Below, in pieces: positions 22,601-34,600 of a stretch of 62,892 nt of DNA. A program made the translations under genes and the position numbers. Below the pieces are notes generated by a model. It did not search any database. It was not told the DNA's origin and was given only the letters and a program-made list of their open reading frames with translations. Source of the DNA: Caecitellus pseudoparvulus (taxonomy: Eukaryota > Protista > Bigyra: Bicosoecida); contig CBFFRQ010000147.1 in the NCBI GenBank assembly GCA_965644315.1, positions 1 to 62,892 on the forward strand, given 5' to 3'. Position 1 is the stretch's first letter. Each line of letters begins with the position of its first letter.

Positions 22601-25600
22601 GATGTTGTTGTTCACATGCACACGTTTGAGCCTGGGCAGCACAAGCAGGGCGTTCCCCGAGGCCTTCAATCTACAGCATCTTCCTTTGTTCCTGGGACAG
22701 ATCGTGTCATTGGTGCCCCGAACAGGAGGGAGTCCAACGCGTGTGACGCCATCCCGTCCGCAGTCTTGGACAGCCTTCAGGATGATTCATCGCAGACATC
22801 GGGAACTCAGCACGAGAGCGAAGCACTGCACGGTGCCGCCGACCTTGCCTCTTTCGTGGAGGACTCGCAGCTGGTGTACTCAACACAGTTCTCCGAACAC
22901 GACAAGCGGTATCGCCAGACCCCCTTGTGCATCGTTGTCTATGACTGTGGTGGCCCGGATCGCGCAACCCCAGCAACGTGTGATGATGAAAACTTGAGCT
23001 CTCACGTTAAGGCGCGTGCCTTCTCGTCGTTCCTCTACATCGTCGACCGCAATGACGCTCCTCAGCTGAAGGACCTGTACTCTTCTGTCACAACAAAGTC
23101 TGACTTCACTGACAGTTTTACTGTGGCCGAGAACACCCCGGCTGGCACCGTGATCGGCTCGCTGGAGTTTGCAGACGAGGACGTCGGGGACACGATCGGA
23201 ACCGTCGAGGTGTCTGGGGATGCTGCTGCCTTCTTTTCAGTGACTCATGCTCCCGCCGGGTGGGAGCTGGCGACGAGGAAAGCCTTCGACTTTGAGGACC
23301 CAAGTGCGAATCCAGGAGCGACCAATGCCATGACTGTCCAGCTTCGAGTCTTTGACTACAGGTCTCAGGGGCCGCCTGCAGAGAGCATCATTCCCATCAC
23401 TGTGACTGTCACTGATGAAAACGATCAAGACCATGCCCTTCTCAGCTCAGCTCTGAGTATTAATGAGCTCGTGCGGGACGCAACGCCGCCAACTGCTGGA
23501 ACCAGCCTGGGCTCGTTTTCGATTTCCAAGCCAGGCTCGCTTGGGCGCGGGCTTACCTCAGCGACGGTTAGCAGCACCAGCCTGGACGCAGGGAGCACCA
23601 TGTTTACACTGTCCACGTCCATCAATGACGCCGACGTGGACGACATCGTCATCACAGTGAGCACTTCGGCATCTGCTCCAGAAGTCGAGCTGGACCACGA
23701 GACAACGTCTTCTTTCACAATAACTGTGGACCTGGTGGATTCTGCATCCCCGACACGGTCCTCCACATTAACAGTGCCTGTTACCATCGCAGACATTGAC
23801 GACCCACCTGAGCTCCTACTTGACGAGACCAACAAGGCGACTTTGCTTCTGGATGACGCCTCCCACACCATCGGGGTCCTCCTGCAAGCGTCAGATGTTG
23901 ACTCAGATCTGCTTGCTTCAGACTTCGACGTCCAAGAGGGTGGCTCGACGTCCACTGTGTTTGGCGTCGCTGACGGGGAGGCACCCGGTGCCTTCCAGCT
24001 TGTTGTACTGGAGGGGGCGACCTTGTCCGCTGGCACCCACAGCCTCAGCGTCACCGTAACCACTGACGGCGCCGCCAGCCAGACTGGTACAGTTGACGTA
24101 GAAGTTCGAGACGCTGGGTACCACCCCAAGGCACAGGTCTTGCAGCACACGCTTTCTTTCACTGAAACAGACCTTGCCAGTACTTGTGAGACCGTCGCAC
24201 TGACAGACTTTGACTTGGACACCGACGAGTCATCGTTCGACGCGAGCGCCTACAGTGTGGAGCTGGATGGGGCCACTGCTACTGCTGCCACTGCAAACAA
24301 GCACGGTTTGGAGTTCAAGGTCCTGTACACTGATGCGCATGGACTGCAGCTGGCCGTGTGTCCAGTCGCTGCGAGTGCTCCAGGGCTCGAGCTTGACGGC
24401 AGCTCTCAGCTGGCTTCTTCCAACTCTTTCACAGTCAAGGTTGCTGACGCGGTCAGCAGTGATTTCGAAAACTCACCTGACACGTTACAGCTCACTGTGC
24501 TCGTCACGGCTGTGAACGAGGTGGCCACTGCTGCTGCGTACGACGCCGGGCGCGTCACGGAGCTGGAAGAGGATGCCCGTGACGCGTCGGGGGCGTTCGT
24601 GCCCCAGATGGTGGGCACAGTGACGTTGACGGATCCCGAGAGTGGCGTGTCGCCGGCTGCTGGCGTGTCTGCCAGTGTGGCCAGTGAGTACCTGAGTGTG
24701 GCGTGGGACAGCGACGCATCTGCGTGGCAGGTGTGGAGTGCAGGCGTGGACCTGTCGAATGCTGGGAGTGACCCGTACACGCTGGACTGCGCTGTGTCGT
24801 TTGTGGGCACGGGGGAGGCGGGTGTGGACGTGAGCGTGTCGACAGCGGCATGCAGCGTGTCGGTGACAGACCGGAGCGAGGCGCCGTCCGTGACGGCCGA
24901 GTTCCTGCAGAGCGGTGGGGCTGTGGCGAATGTGCGCGAGGAGGCAGTGTCACAGGTGGTGTTCTGTGTGGGTGAGAGCGACGTGGTGGATGGCGACAGT
25001 GCCGACTTTGGCAGTGCGGCACACACGATTGTGTCGGCTGAGCTGGTGGGGGAGGCGCCTGTGCCTGGTACGGGTGGTGCAAACAGCTTCTTTGACTTGG
25101 AGGTGACACCCGGCAGCAGCAGCTGCGTGATCACTGTGAGCACGAACGAGGGCACGGCTCCGTTGTTGAACTACGAGGAGGCAGCGGCGCACACGTTTGA
25201 CTTGGTGATCACGACGGGCGTGTCTGGCGATGCGGGCACGGAGGAGACGGTGATGGTGGGGTTCGTGGTGGATGTGACGGACATCCAGAAGGCGCCGTTC
25301 CTGTTGACTGGTGCGGGTGGCAGTGTGACGTCCAGTGTGAGCTTGGCAGTGCTGGAGGAGGAGCCTGCTGGTACCGAGGTGGGTCACTTGTACTTCAGTG
25401 ACGATGACGGTGACGCAGTGGAGAGCGTGGAGGTGCTGGGGTCTGACGTGTCACGGTTCGTGGTGGATGTGTCGGGGAGTGATGTGGTGGTGAAGACACT
25501 GGTGGTGTTTGACGCGGAGGACAGCCAGCCCAACAGCTACACGTTTGCGGTGCGGGTGAAGGAGGTGAAGCCGGCGGGTGTGCTGGCCAGCACGCGTGTC

Positions 25601-28600
25601 GTGACTGTGACGGTGGACATCATTGGAGTGGACGAGGCGCCGACGCTGGGCGTGGGTGTGGTGTTGGATGTGCCTGAGGCTGTGTCGGGTGCTGTGAGCG
25701 GCAGCCGTGGGAGCTGGTCCCGGAGCCCAGACGTGTCGTTCCCGTTGGCTGTGGGCACTGTGCCAGCCGCTGACGTGGACACTGCGGCGAGCAGCTTGGT
25801 GTTTGGCGCGACAGACAGCGACTGGGACTTCTCTGGCGCTGTGCTGCGCATCGCATCTGGGAGCAGCATCATGGCGAGTGCCTTGGACTTTGAGGCGTCT
25901 GACCCCGCGGCCAGCTGGTCTGTGCCAGTGACAGTGTCGGACGGCACGACCACCGACACGGGCAGTGTGACTGTGCAGGTGGTGGACAGGAACGACCCAC
26001 CTGCGCTGGTGGGCACGGGGAGCCACGCTGGCATCGAGGAGAACGCGGCTGATGGCACGATCGTGTCGCACATCGCAGACGGCAGCGCGGCAGGCATCGG
26101 GAGCGAGAGTGCTGTCGTGGCGTTCTTCGACGAGGACGGTGACGTGGGCGACGCCTTGCAGTCGTTGAGTCTGAGTGTGTCGCCAGCGTACTTCGGGGAG
26201 CTGTTCACGCTGGAGGCGTCGACGGCAAGCGGTGACGGTGCGAACTACGCACACATCGTGTATCGGTCTGTGGGGTCCAAGTCGCTGGATGCGGAGGACG
26301 TGATGCTGCCGGCTGGGGGCGTGATCACGATGACGGTGCGCGGTCGTGACGTGTGGCCGGTGTCGAGCGAGGCGGTGGGGGATGTGGAGCATGTGTTCAG
26401 TGTGAAGGTGTTTGACGTGAACGAGGAGCCGACAGCATCGGGGCTCAGTGCGACGATTGGAGAGTCAGCGGTTGGAGCGGCGCCTGCGTCATTTGCCGTG
26501 ACTGTGCGGGATGTGGACGTCGGCCACACGCTGAGCGTGAAGAGCTTGGACGTGAACGCGCCTGATACTTTGCGCGTGACCTTGAGCCACGTGGCATCTT
26601 CGTACACTGCAGCTGTCGCTGGTACACCCGGCACTCTGACAGTGACTGTGACGCTGGATGCAGGTGATTTTGAGGAGGGTGCCACGTTCACTGCGGCCTT
26701 GGTGATCACAGACGACTGGGGCACGCCTATGGACACACCATTCTTGTTGGAAGTGACGATGACGCCGGTGAACGAGGTGGCCACTGCTGCTGCGTACGAC
26801 GCCGGGCGCGTCACGGAGCTGGAAGAGGATGCCCGTGACGCGTCGGGGGCGTTCGTGCCCCAGATGGTGGGCACAGTGACGTTGACGGATCCCGAGAGTG
26901 GCGTGTCGCCGGCTGCTGGCGTGTCTGCCAGTGTGGCCAGTGAGTACCTGAGTGTGGCGTGGGACAGCGACGCATCTGCGTGGCAGGTGTGGAGTGCAGG
27001 CGTGGACCTGTCGAATGCTGGGAGTGACCCGTACACGCTGGACTGCGCTGTGTCGTTTGTGGGCACGGGGGAGGCGGGTGTGGACGTGAGCGTGTCGACA
27101 GCGGCATGCAGCGTGTCGGTGACAGACCGGAGCGAGGCGCCGTCCGTGACGGCCGAGTTCCTGCAGAGCGGTGGGGCTGTGGCGAATGTGCGCGAGGAGG
27201 CAGTGTCACAGGTGGTGTTCTGTGTGGGTGAGAGCGACGTGGTGGATGGCGACAGTGCCGACTTTGGCAGTGCGGCACACACGATTGTGTCGGCTGAGCT
27301 GGTGGGGGAGGCGCCTGTGCCTGGTACGGGTGGTGCAAACAGCTTCTTTGACTTGGAGGTGACACCCGGCAGCAGCAGCTGCGTGATCACTGTGAGCACG
27401 AACGAGGGCACGGCTCCGTTGTTGAACTACGAGGAGGCAGCGGCGCACACGTTTGACTTGGTGATCACGACGGGCGTGTCTGGCGATGCGGGCACGGAGG
27501 AGACGGTGACGGTGGGGTTCGTGGTGGATGTGACGGACATCCAGAAGGCGCCGTTCCTGTTGACTGGTGCGGGTGGCAGTGTGACGTCCAGTGTGAGCTT
27601 GGCAGTGCTGGAGGAGGAGCCTGCTGGTACCGAGGTGGGTCACTTGTACTTCAGTGACGATGACGGTGACGCAGTGGAGAGCGTGGAGGTGCTGGGGTCT
27701 GACGTGTCACGGTTCGTGGTGGATGTGTCGGGGAGTGATGTGGTGGTGAAGACACTGGTGGTGTTTGACGCGGAGGACAGCCAGCCCAACAGCTACACGT
27801 TTGCGGTGCGGGTGAAGGAGGTGAAGCCGGCGGGTGTGCTGGCCAGCACGCGTGTCGTGACTGTGACGGTGGACATCATTGGAGTGGACGAGGCGCCGAC
27901 GCTGGGCGTGGGTGTGGTGTTGGATGTGCCTGAGGCTGTGTCGGGTGCTGTGAGCGGCAGCCGTGGGAGCTGGTCCCGGAGCCCAGACGTGTCGTTCCCG
28001 TTGGCTGTGGGCACTGTGCCAGCCGCTGACGTGGACACTGCGGCGAGCAGCTTGGTGTTTGGCGCGACAGACAGCGACTGGGACTTCTCTGGCGCTGTGC
28101 TGCGCATCGCATCTGGGAGCAGCATCATGGCGAGTGCCTTGGACTTTGAGGCGTCTGACCCCGCGGCCAGCTGGTCTGTGCCAGTGACAGTGTCGGACGG
28201 CACGACCACCGACACGGGCAGTGTGACTGTGCAGGTGGTGGACAGGAACGACCCACCTGCGCTGGTGGGCACGGGGAGCCACGCTGGCATCGAGGAGAAC
28301 GCGGCTGATGGCACGATCGTGTCGCACATCGCAGACGGCAGCGCGGCAGGCATCGGGAGCGAGAGTGCTGTCGTGGCGTTCTTCGACGAGGACGGTGACG
28401 TGGGCGACGCCTTGCAGTCGTTGAGTCTGAGTGTGTCGCCAGCGTACTTCGGGGAGCTGTTCACGCTGGAGGCGTCGACGGCAAGCGGTGACGGTGCGAA
28501 CTACGCACACATCGTGTATCGGTCTGTGGGGTCCAAGTCGCTGGATGCGGAGGACGTGATGCTGCCGGCTGGGGGCGTGATCACGATGACGGTGCGCGGT

Positions 28601-31600
28601 CGTGACGTGTGGCCGGTGTCGAGCGAGGCGGTGGGGGATGTGGAGCATGTGTTCAGTGTGAAGGTGTTTGACGTGAACGAGGAGCCGACAGCATCGGGGC
28701 TCAGTGCGACGATTGGAGAGTCAGCGGTTGGAGCGGCGCCTGCGTCATTTGCCGTGACTGTGCGGGATGTGGACGTCGGCCACACGCTGAGCGTGAAGAG
28801 CTTGGACGTGAACGCGCCTGATACTTTGCGCGTGACCTTGAGCCACGTGGCATCTTCGTACACTGCAGCTGTCGCTGGTACACCCGGCACTCTGACAGTG
28901 ACTGTGACGCTGGATGCAGGTGATTTTGAGGAGGGTGCCACGTTCACTGCGGCCTTGGTGATCACAGACGACTGGGGCACGCCTATGGACACACCATTCT
29001 TGTTGGAAGTGACGATGACGCCGGTGAACGAGGTGGCCACTGCTGCTGCGTACGACGCCGGGCGCGTCACGGAGCTGGAAGAGGATGCCCGTGACGCGTC
29101 GGGGGCGTTCGTGCCCCAGATGGTGGGCACAGTGACGTTGACGGATCCCGAGAGTGGCGTGTCGCCGGCTGCTGGCGTGTCTGCCAGTGTGGCCAGTGAG
29201 TACCTGAGTGTGGCGTGGGACAGCGACGCATCTGCGTGGCAGGTGTGGAGTGCAGGCGTGGACCTGTCGAATGCTGGGAGTGACCCGTACACGCTGGACT
29301 GCGCTGTGTCGTTTGTGGGCACGGGGGAGGCGGGTGTGGACGTGAGCGTGTCGACAGCGGCATGCAGCGTGTCGGTGACAGACCGGAGCGAGGCGCCGTC
29401 CGTGACGGCCGAGTTCCTGCAGAGCGGTGGGGCTGTGGCGAATGTGCGCGAGGAGGCAGTGTCACAGGTGGTGTTCTGTGTGGGTGAGAGCGACGTGGTG
29501 GATGGCGACAGTGCCGACTTTGGCAGTGCGGCACACACGATTGTGTCGGCTGAGCTGGTGGGGGAGGCGCCTGTGCCTGGTACGGGTGGTGCAAACAGCT
29601 TCTTTGACTTGGAGGTGACACCCGGCAGCAGCAGCTGCGTGATCACTGTGAGCACGAACGAGGGCACGGCTCCGTTGTTGAACTACGAGGAGGCAGCGGC
29701 GCACACGTTTGACTTGGTGATCACGACGGGCGTGTCTGGCGATGCGGGCACGGAGGAGACGGTGACGGTGGGGTTCGTGGTGGATGTGACGGACATCCAG
29801 AAGGCGCCGTTCCTGTTGACTGGTGCGGGTGGCAGTGTGACGTCCAGTGTGAGCTTGGCAGTGCTGGAGGAGGAGCCTGCTGGTACCGAGGTGGGTCACT
29901 TGTACTTCAGTGACGATGACGGTGACGCAGTGGAGAGCGTGGAGGTGCTGGGGTCTGACGTGTCACGGTTCGTGGTGGATGTGTCGGGGAGTGATGTGGT
30001 GGTGAAGACACTGGTGGTGTTTGACGCGGAGGACAGCCAGCCCAACAGCTACACGTTTGCGGTGCGGGTGAAGGAGGTGAAGCCGGCGGGTGTGCTGGCC
30101 AGCACGCGTGTCGTGACTGTGACGGTGGACATCATTGGAGTGGACGAGGCGCCGACGCTGGGCGTGGGTGTGGTGTTGGATGTGCCTGAGGCTGTGTCGG
30201 GTGCTGTGAGCGGCAGCCGTGGGAGCTGGTCCCGGAGCCCAGACGTGTCGTTCCCGCTCTCGATTGCCCCTGTTCCAGTTGAGGATGCAGACGCAGGCGT
30301 TGGTTCCCTTACGTTTAGCTCGACAGACAGCGACTGGGACTTCTCTGGCGCTGTGCTGCGCATCGCATCTGGGAGCAGCATCATGGCGAGTGCCTTGGAC
30401 TTTGAGGCGTCTGACCCCGCGGCCAGCTGGTCTGTGCCAGTGACAGTGTCGGACGGCACGACCACCGACACGGGCAGTGTGACTGTGCAGGTGGTGGACA
30501 GGAACGACCCACCTGCGCTGGTGGGCACGGGGAGCCACGCTGGCATCGAGGAGAACGCGGCTGATGGCACGATCGTGTCGCACATCGCAGACGGCAGCGC
30601 GGCAGGCATCGGGAGCGAGAGTGCTGTCGTGGCGTTCTTCGACGAGGACGGTGACGTGGGCGACGCCTTGCAGTCGTTGAGTCTGAGTGTGTCGCCAGCG
30701 TACTTCGGGGAGCTGTTCACGCTGGAGGCGTCGACGGCAAGCGGTGACGGTGCGAACTACGCACACATCGTGTATCGGTCTGTGGGGTCCAAGTCGCTGG
30801 ATGCGGAGGACGTGATGCTGCCGGCTGGGGGCGTGATCACGATGACGGTGCGCGGTCGTGACGTGTGGCCGGTGTCGAGCGAGGCGGTGGGGGATGTGGA
30901 GCATGTGTTCAGTGTGAAGGTGTTTGACGTGAACGAGGAGCCGACAGCATCGGGGCTCAGTGCGACGATTGCAGAGTCAGCGGTTGGAGCGGCGCCTGCG
31001 TCATTTGCCGTGACTGTGCGGGATGTGGACGTCGGCCACACGCTGAGAGTGAAGAGCTTGGACGTGAACGCGCCTGATACTTTGCGCGTGACCTTGAGCC
31101 ACGTGGCATCTTCGTACACTGCAGCTGTCGCTGGTACACCCGGCACTCTGACAGTGACTGTGACGCTGGATGCAGGTGATTTTGAGGAGGGTGCCACGTT
31201 CACTGCGGCCTTGGTGATCACAGACGACTGGGGCACGCCTATGGACACACCATTCTTGTTGGAAGTGACGATGACGCCGGTGAACGAGGTGGCCACTGCT
31301 GCTGCGTACGACGCCGGGCGCGTCACGGAGCTGGAAGAGGATGCCCGTGATGCGTCGGGGGCGTTCGTGCCCCAGATGGTGGGCACAGTGACGTTGACGG
31401 ATCCCGAGAGTGGCGTGTCGCCGGCTGCTGGCGTGTCTGCCAGTGTGGCCAGTGAGTACCTGAGTGTGGCGTGGGACAGCGACGCATCTGCGTGGCAGGT
31501 GTGGAGTGCAGGCGTGGACCTGTCGAATGCTGGGAGTGACCCGTACACGCTGGACTGCGCTGTGTCGTTTGTGGGCACGGGGGAGGCGGGTGTGGACGTG

Positions 31601-34600
31601 AGCGTGTCGACAGCGGCATGCAGCGTGTCGGTGACAGACCGGAGCGAGGCGCCGTCCGTGACGGCCGAGTTCCTGCAGAGCGGTGGGGCTGTGGCGAACG
31701 TGCGCGAGGAGGCAGTGTCACAGGTGGTGTTCTGTGTGGGTGAGAGCGACGTGGTGGATGGCGACAGTGCCGACTTTGGCAGTGCGGCACACACGATTGT
31801 GTCGGCTGAGCTGGTGGGGGAGGCGCCTGTGCCTGGTACGGGTGGTGCAAACAGCTTCTTTGACTTGGAGGTGACACCCGGCAGCAGCAGCTGCGTGATC
31901 ACTGTGAGCACGAACGAGGGCACGGCTCCGTTGTTGAACTACGAGGAGGCAGCGGCGCACACGTTTGACTTGGTGATCACGACGGGCGTGTCTGGCGATG
32001 CGGGCACGGAGGAGACGGTGACGGTGGGGTTCGTGGTGGATGTGACGGACATCCAGAAGGCGCCGTTCCTGTTGACTGGTGCGGGTGGCAGTGTGACGTC
32101 CAGTGTGAGCTTGGCAGTGCTGGAGGAGGAGCCTGCTGGTACCGAGGTGGGTCACTTGTACTTCAGTGACGATGACGGTGACGCAGTGGAGAGCGTGGAG
32201 GTGCTGGGGTCTGACGTGTCACGGTTCGTGGTGGATGTGTCGGGGAGTGATGTGGTGGTGAAGACACTGGTGGTGTTTGACGCGGAGGACAGCCAGCCCA
32301 ACAGCTACACGTTTGCGGTGCGGGTGAAGGAGGTGAAGCCGGCGGGTGTGCTGGCCAGCACGCGTGTCGTGACTGTGACGGTGGACATCATTGGAGTGGA
32401 CGAGGCGCCGACGCTGGGCGTGGGTGTGGTGTTGGATGTGCCTGAGGCTGTGTCGGGTGCTGTGAGCGGCAGCCGTGGGAGCTGGTCCCGGAGCCCAGAC
32501 GTGTCGTTCCCGTTGGCTGTGGGCACTGTGCCAGCCGCTGACGTGGACACTGCGGCGAGCAGCTTGGTGTTTGGCGCGACAGACAGCGACTGGGACTTCT
32601 CTGGCGCTGTGCTGCGCATCGCATCTGGGAGCAGCATCATGGCGAGTGCCTTGGACTTTGAGGCGTCTGACCCCGCGGCCAGCTGGTCTGTGCCAGTGAC
32701 AGTGTCGGACGGCACGACCACCGACACGGGCAGTGTGACTGTGCAGGTGGTGGACAGGAACGACCCACCTGCGCTGGTGGGCACGGGGAGCCACGCTGGC
32801 ATCGAGGAGAACGCGGCTGATGGCACGATCGTGTCGCACATCGCAGACGGCAGCGCGGCAGGCATCGGGAGCGAGAGTGCTGTCGTGGCGTTCTTCGACG
32901 AGGACGGTGACGTGGGCGACGCCTTGCAGTCGTTGAGTCTGAGTGTGTCGCCAGCGTACTTCGGGGAGCTGTTCACGCTGGAGGCGTCGACGGCAAGCGG
33001 TGACGGTGCGAACTACGCACACATCGTGTATCGGTCTGTGGGGTCCAAGTCGCTGGATGCGGAGGACGTGATGCTGCCGGCTGGGGGCGTGATCACGATG
33101 ACGGTGCGCGGTCGTGACGTGTGGCCGGTGTCGAGCGAGGCGGTGGGGGATGTGGAGCATGTGTTCAGTGTGAAGGTGTTTGACGTGAACGAGGTTTCGC
33201 AGATTGTGTCCACCTCAGCCTCTGTGGCAGAGGCCACTGATGAATCCGTGCCGGGCAATTTTACGCTGTATGTGACTGATGTAGATGTTGGAGATGTGTT
33301 GAGCGCAACATCTGTCAGTGTTTCTGGCACCGCGTCAGGAATCTCAATCAGCATGTCAGAGCAAGAGTTCAGTAGGGATGCGACCACATTGGTGGGCACA
33401 CTGTCGGTAGTTGTGCAGCTTGATGAAGGCGACTTTGAGGCTGTGCAAGGTTTTGACTGCGTGCTTGTGGTGAGTGGAGATGGAGCTGGAGTGGCGTCTT
33501 TCGACGTCGAAGTAACATTGACTGACGTAAACGAGCGGCCGAAAGTTGCTCTCTCTGGCGGCGTGAGCACTATTCAGGTTGAGGAGAACACAAACAGTGT
33601 CACAGGTGGTTTGGTCTTTACCGACCCTGAGGGTGCCTCTCTTGAGGGCGCGGTTCGCGTCGCAGGGTCAGCGCCCTTTGCAGTTGCTCGGTTATCAGGC
33701 ACTGGCGGCGTAAGTGAATGGAGTGTACAGTACCTTGGACAACCTCTGGATTTTGAATCTGATACAGAGTCAGCTGTGCTCTCCTTCACTGTGGTCGTCG
33801 ACGATGGTGTCGAAAGGGAGTACACCTTTGATGTCACCCTGACAAATGTCTTGGAAGACTTGGTGTTGGATACGAGCGTGGTGATCCTACGGGAGGGCAG
33901 CTCCACCACTTCAAGCAGAGTTGTTGTGTCTGATCCAGATGGACATGCACTGTCAGTGGGCAATCTGGGCATGGTCACCGGAGGAGTTGTGCTGTCTCAG
34001 GAGGCCTCCAGTTCAGGCACCGTCACCGCCGTTTTCACCGGAGGCAGCCAGCTTGACTTCGAGACTCAGCCCATGGTGCCTATTGAGCTGGTTGTCCTCA
34101 AGAACGGAGCACAAAACGCACTTCAACTGACGATTCATGTTGAAGACTACAACGAAGCGCCAACTGTCCAGCTGCCCGACTCGTTTGAAATCCCAGAGGG
34201 ATCCAGCCAAGGAACCCCCGCTTCGGGAGCTTTTACAGTATCCAATCCCGAAGGCGCCGTCTCTGCTTCAAACATTCACGTTGCATCCTCTGACTGGGCT
34301 GTGCAGGCAGGAAGCCAGCCTGGTGAGTACCACTTGGTCCAGGTGGGCGGTACATATGACTTTGAAACCCAAGGCAGTGTGGACCTGCAGCTGACCATCG
34401 ATGACTCGAGTGACTCTCCAGTTCCCTTGGACGACCCTGTTGCTGAAAGTGCTCTTCGCGTGTTCACTGCCACGGTGCTCTTGACCGATGTGAACGAGCC
34501 GCTGCGAATGGCTTCCAACTCAGCTGTCGAGTTCACCCTCACTGAGGCTGCGTTGGAGGGTTCTAGGCTTGGAAGCACGTCTGACCACATTGTCGTCGAG

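Noticed and set aside
10199-33193. Repeat arrays as CRISPR or non-coding satellite
   Set aside because: No unique spacers and no cas genes. Unit lengths are multiples of 3 and encode cadherin-like domains in frame.
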